The notes under the pieces were generated by a model. The model saw only the letters and a program-made list of their open reading frames with translations. It was not told where the DNA came from and made no database searches. Below, piece after piece: positions 63,501 through 64,000 of a stretch of 64,000 nt of DNA (position 1 is the stretch's first letter; each line of letters opens with the position of its first letter). The position numbers and the translations under genes were made by a program. Source of the stretch: Squalus acanthias (Eukaryota); contig CM059432.1 in the NCBI GenBank assembly GCA_030390025.1, positions 62,746,001 through 62,810,000 of the forward strand, written 5' to 3'.

Positions 63501-64000
63501 GGAAAGATATAACCCGGTGAACCCAGATCTAGTTTCCAACTATAACTTCAATGGGAGTTCACTGGAATTGTCATGGATTTTCTCAGTCCCAGTATATAGC
63601 ATGCACATCCTGTCCACAAAAATTACTTCCTGTAACTTTTTTTACATCAACATTTATAATAGAAGCTTCCTATATAAACATGTGTAATGGAAATTTTTAT
63701 GTAAACATTTTATAATGAGAAAGCCGAATATAAACATTTTACTGATAATTCAACTAACTCATTCAAAATGCTTTTTAAGGATATCATGTTATTTTACTCT
63801 CAATAACAAAAATTTCGAATGTCTAAAATACAGTTTTAAACAACATTTTAAAAATACAGATTTCGCAATAACTCCCGGCAACAATAAAAAAAATATATAA
63901 ACAAAGTAAATTTGGAAATAGCCCTGATTTTAACCTAATCCACCTGGCACGAACAGGGTGGGTTTGGGTTAGTGTCTGATTAACATCCCATCCGATTTTA

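Overview
Vertebrate genomic DNA, most likely a cartilaginous fish (shark-type V-SINEs, Deu-type SINEs, CR1/L2/RTE LINEs, Penelope ends and many Harbinger families). No host protein-coding exon could be supported; the window looks intergenic or intronic and is largely transposon-derived. Main contents: (1) a decayed, rearranged endogenous retroelement (45872-52932) with an inverted gag-pro segment, an integrase tail, a 3' LTR-like end and an env whose layout resembles a paramyxo/pneumovirus F protein (lokiretrovirus-like), with three DNA transposons inserted in env; (2) two two-gene Harbinger transposons (34949-39172, ~58263-63090), a Myb-only derivative with an intact spliced ORF, and many Harbinger-type MITEs; (3) a solo LTR with a 21-bp tandem array; (4) Penelope-like remnants with minimal hammerhead ribozyme motifs; (5) DNA-repair scars: two locally templated insertions and a fold-back hairpin at a LINE 5' end. 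All family assignments come from motif recognition by eye; no database search was run.
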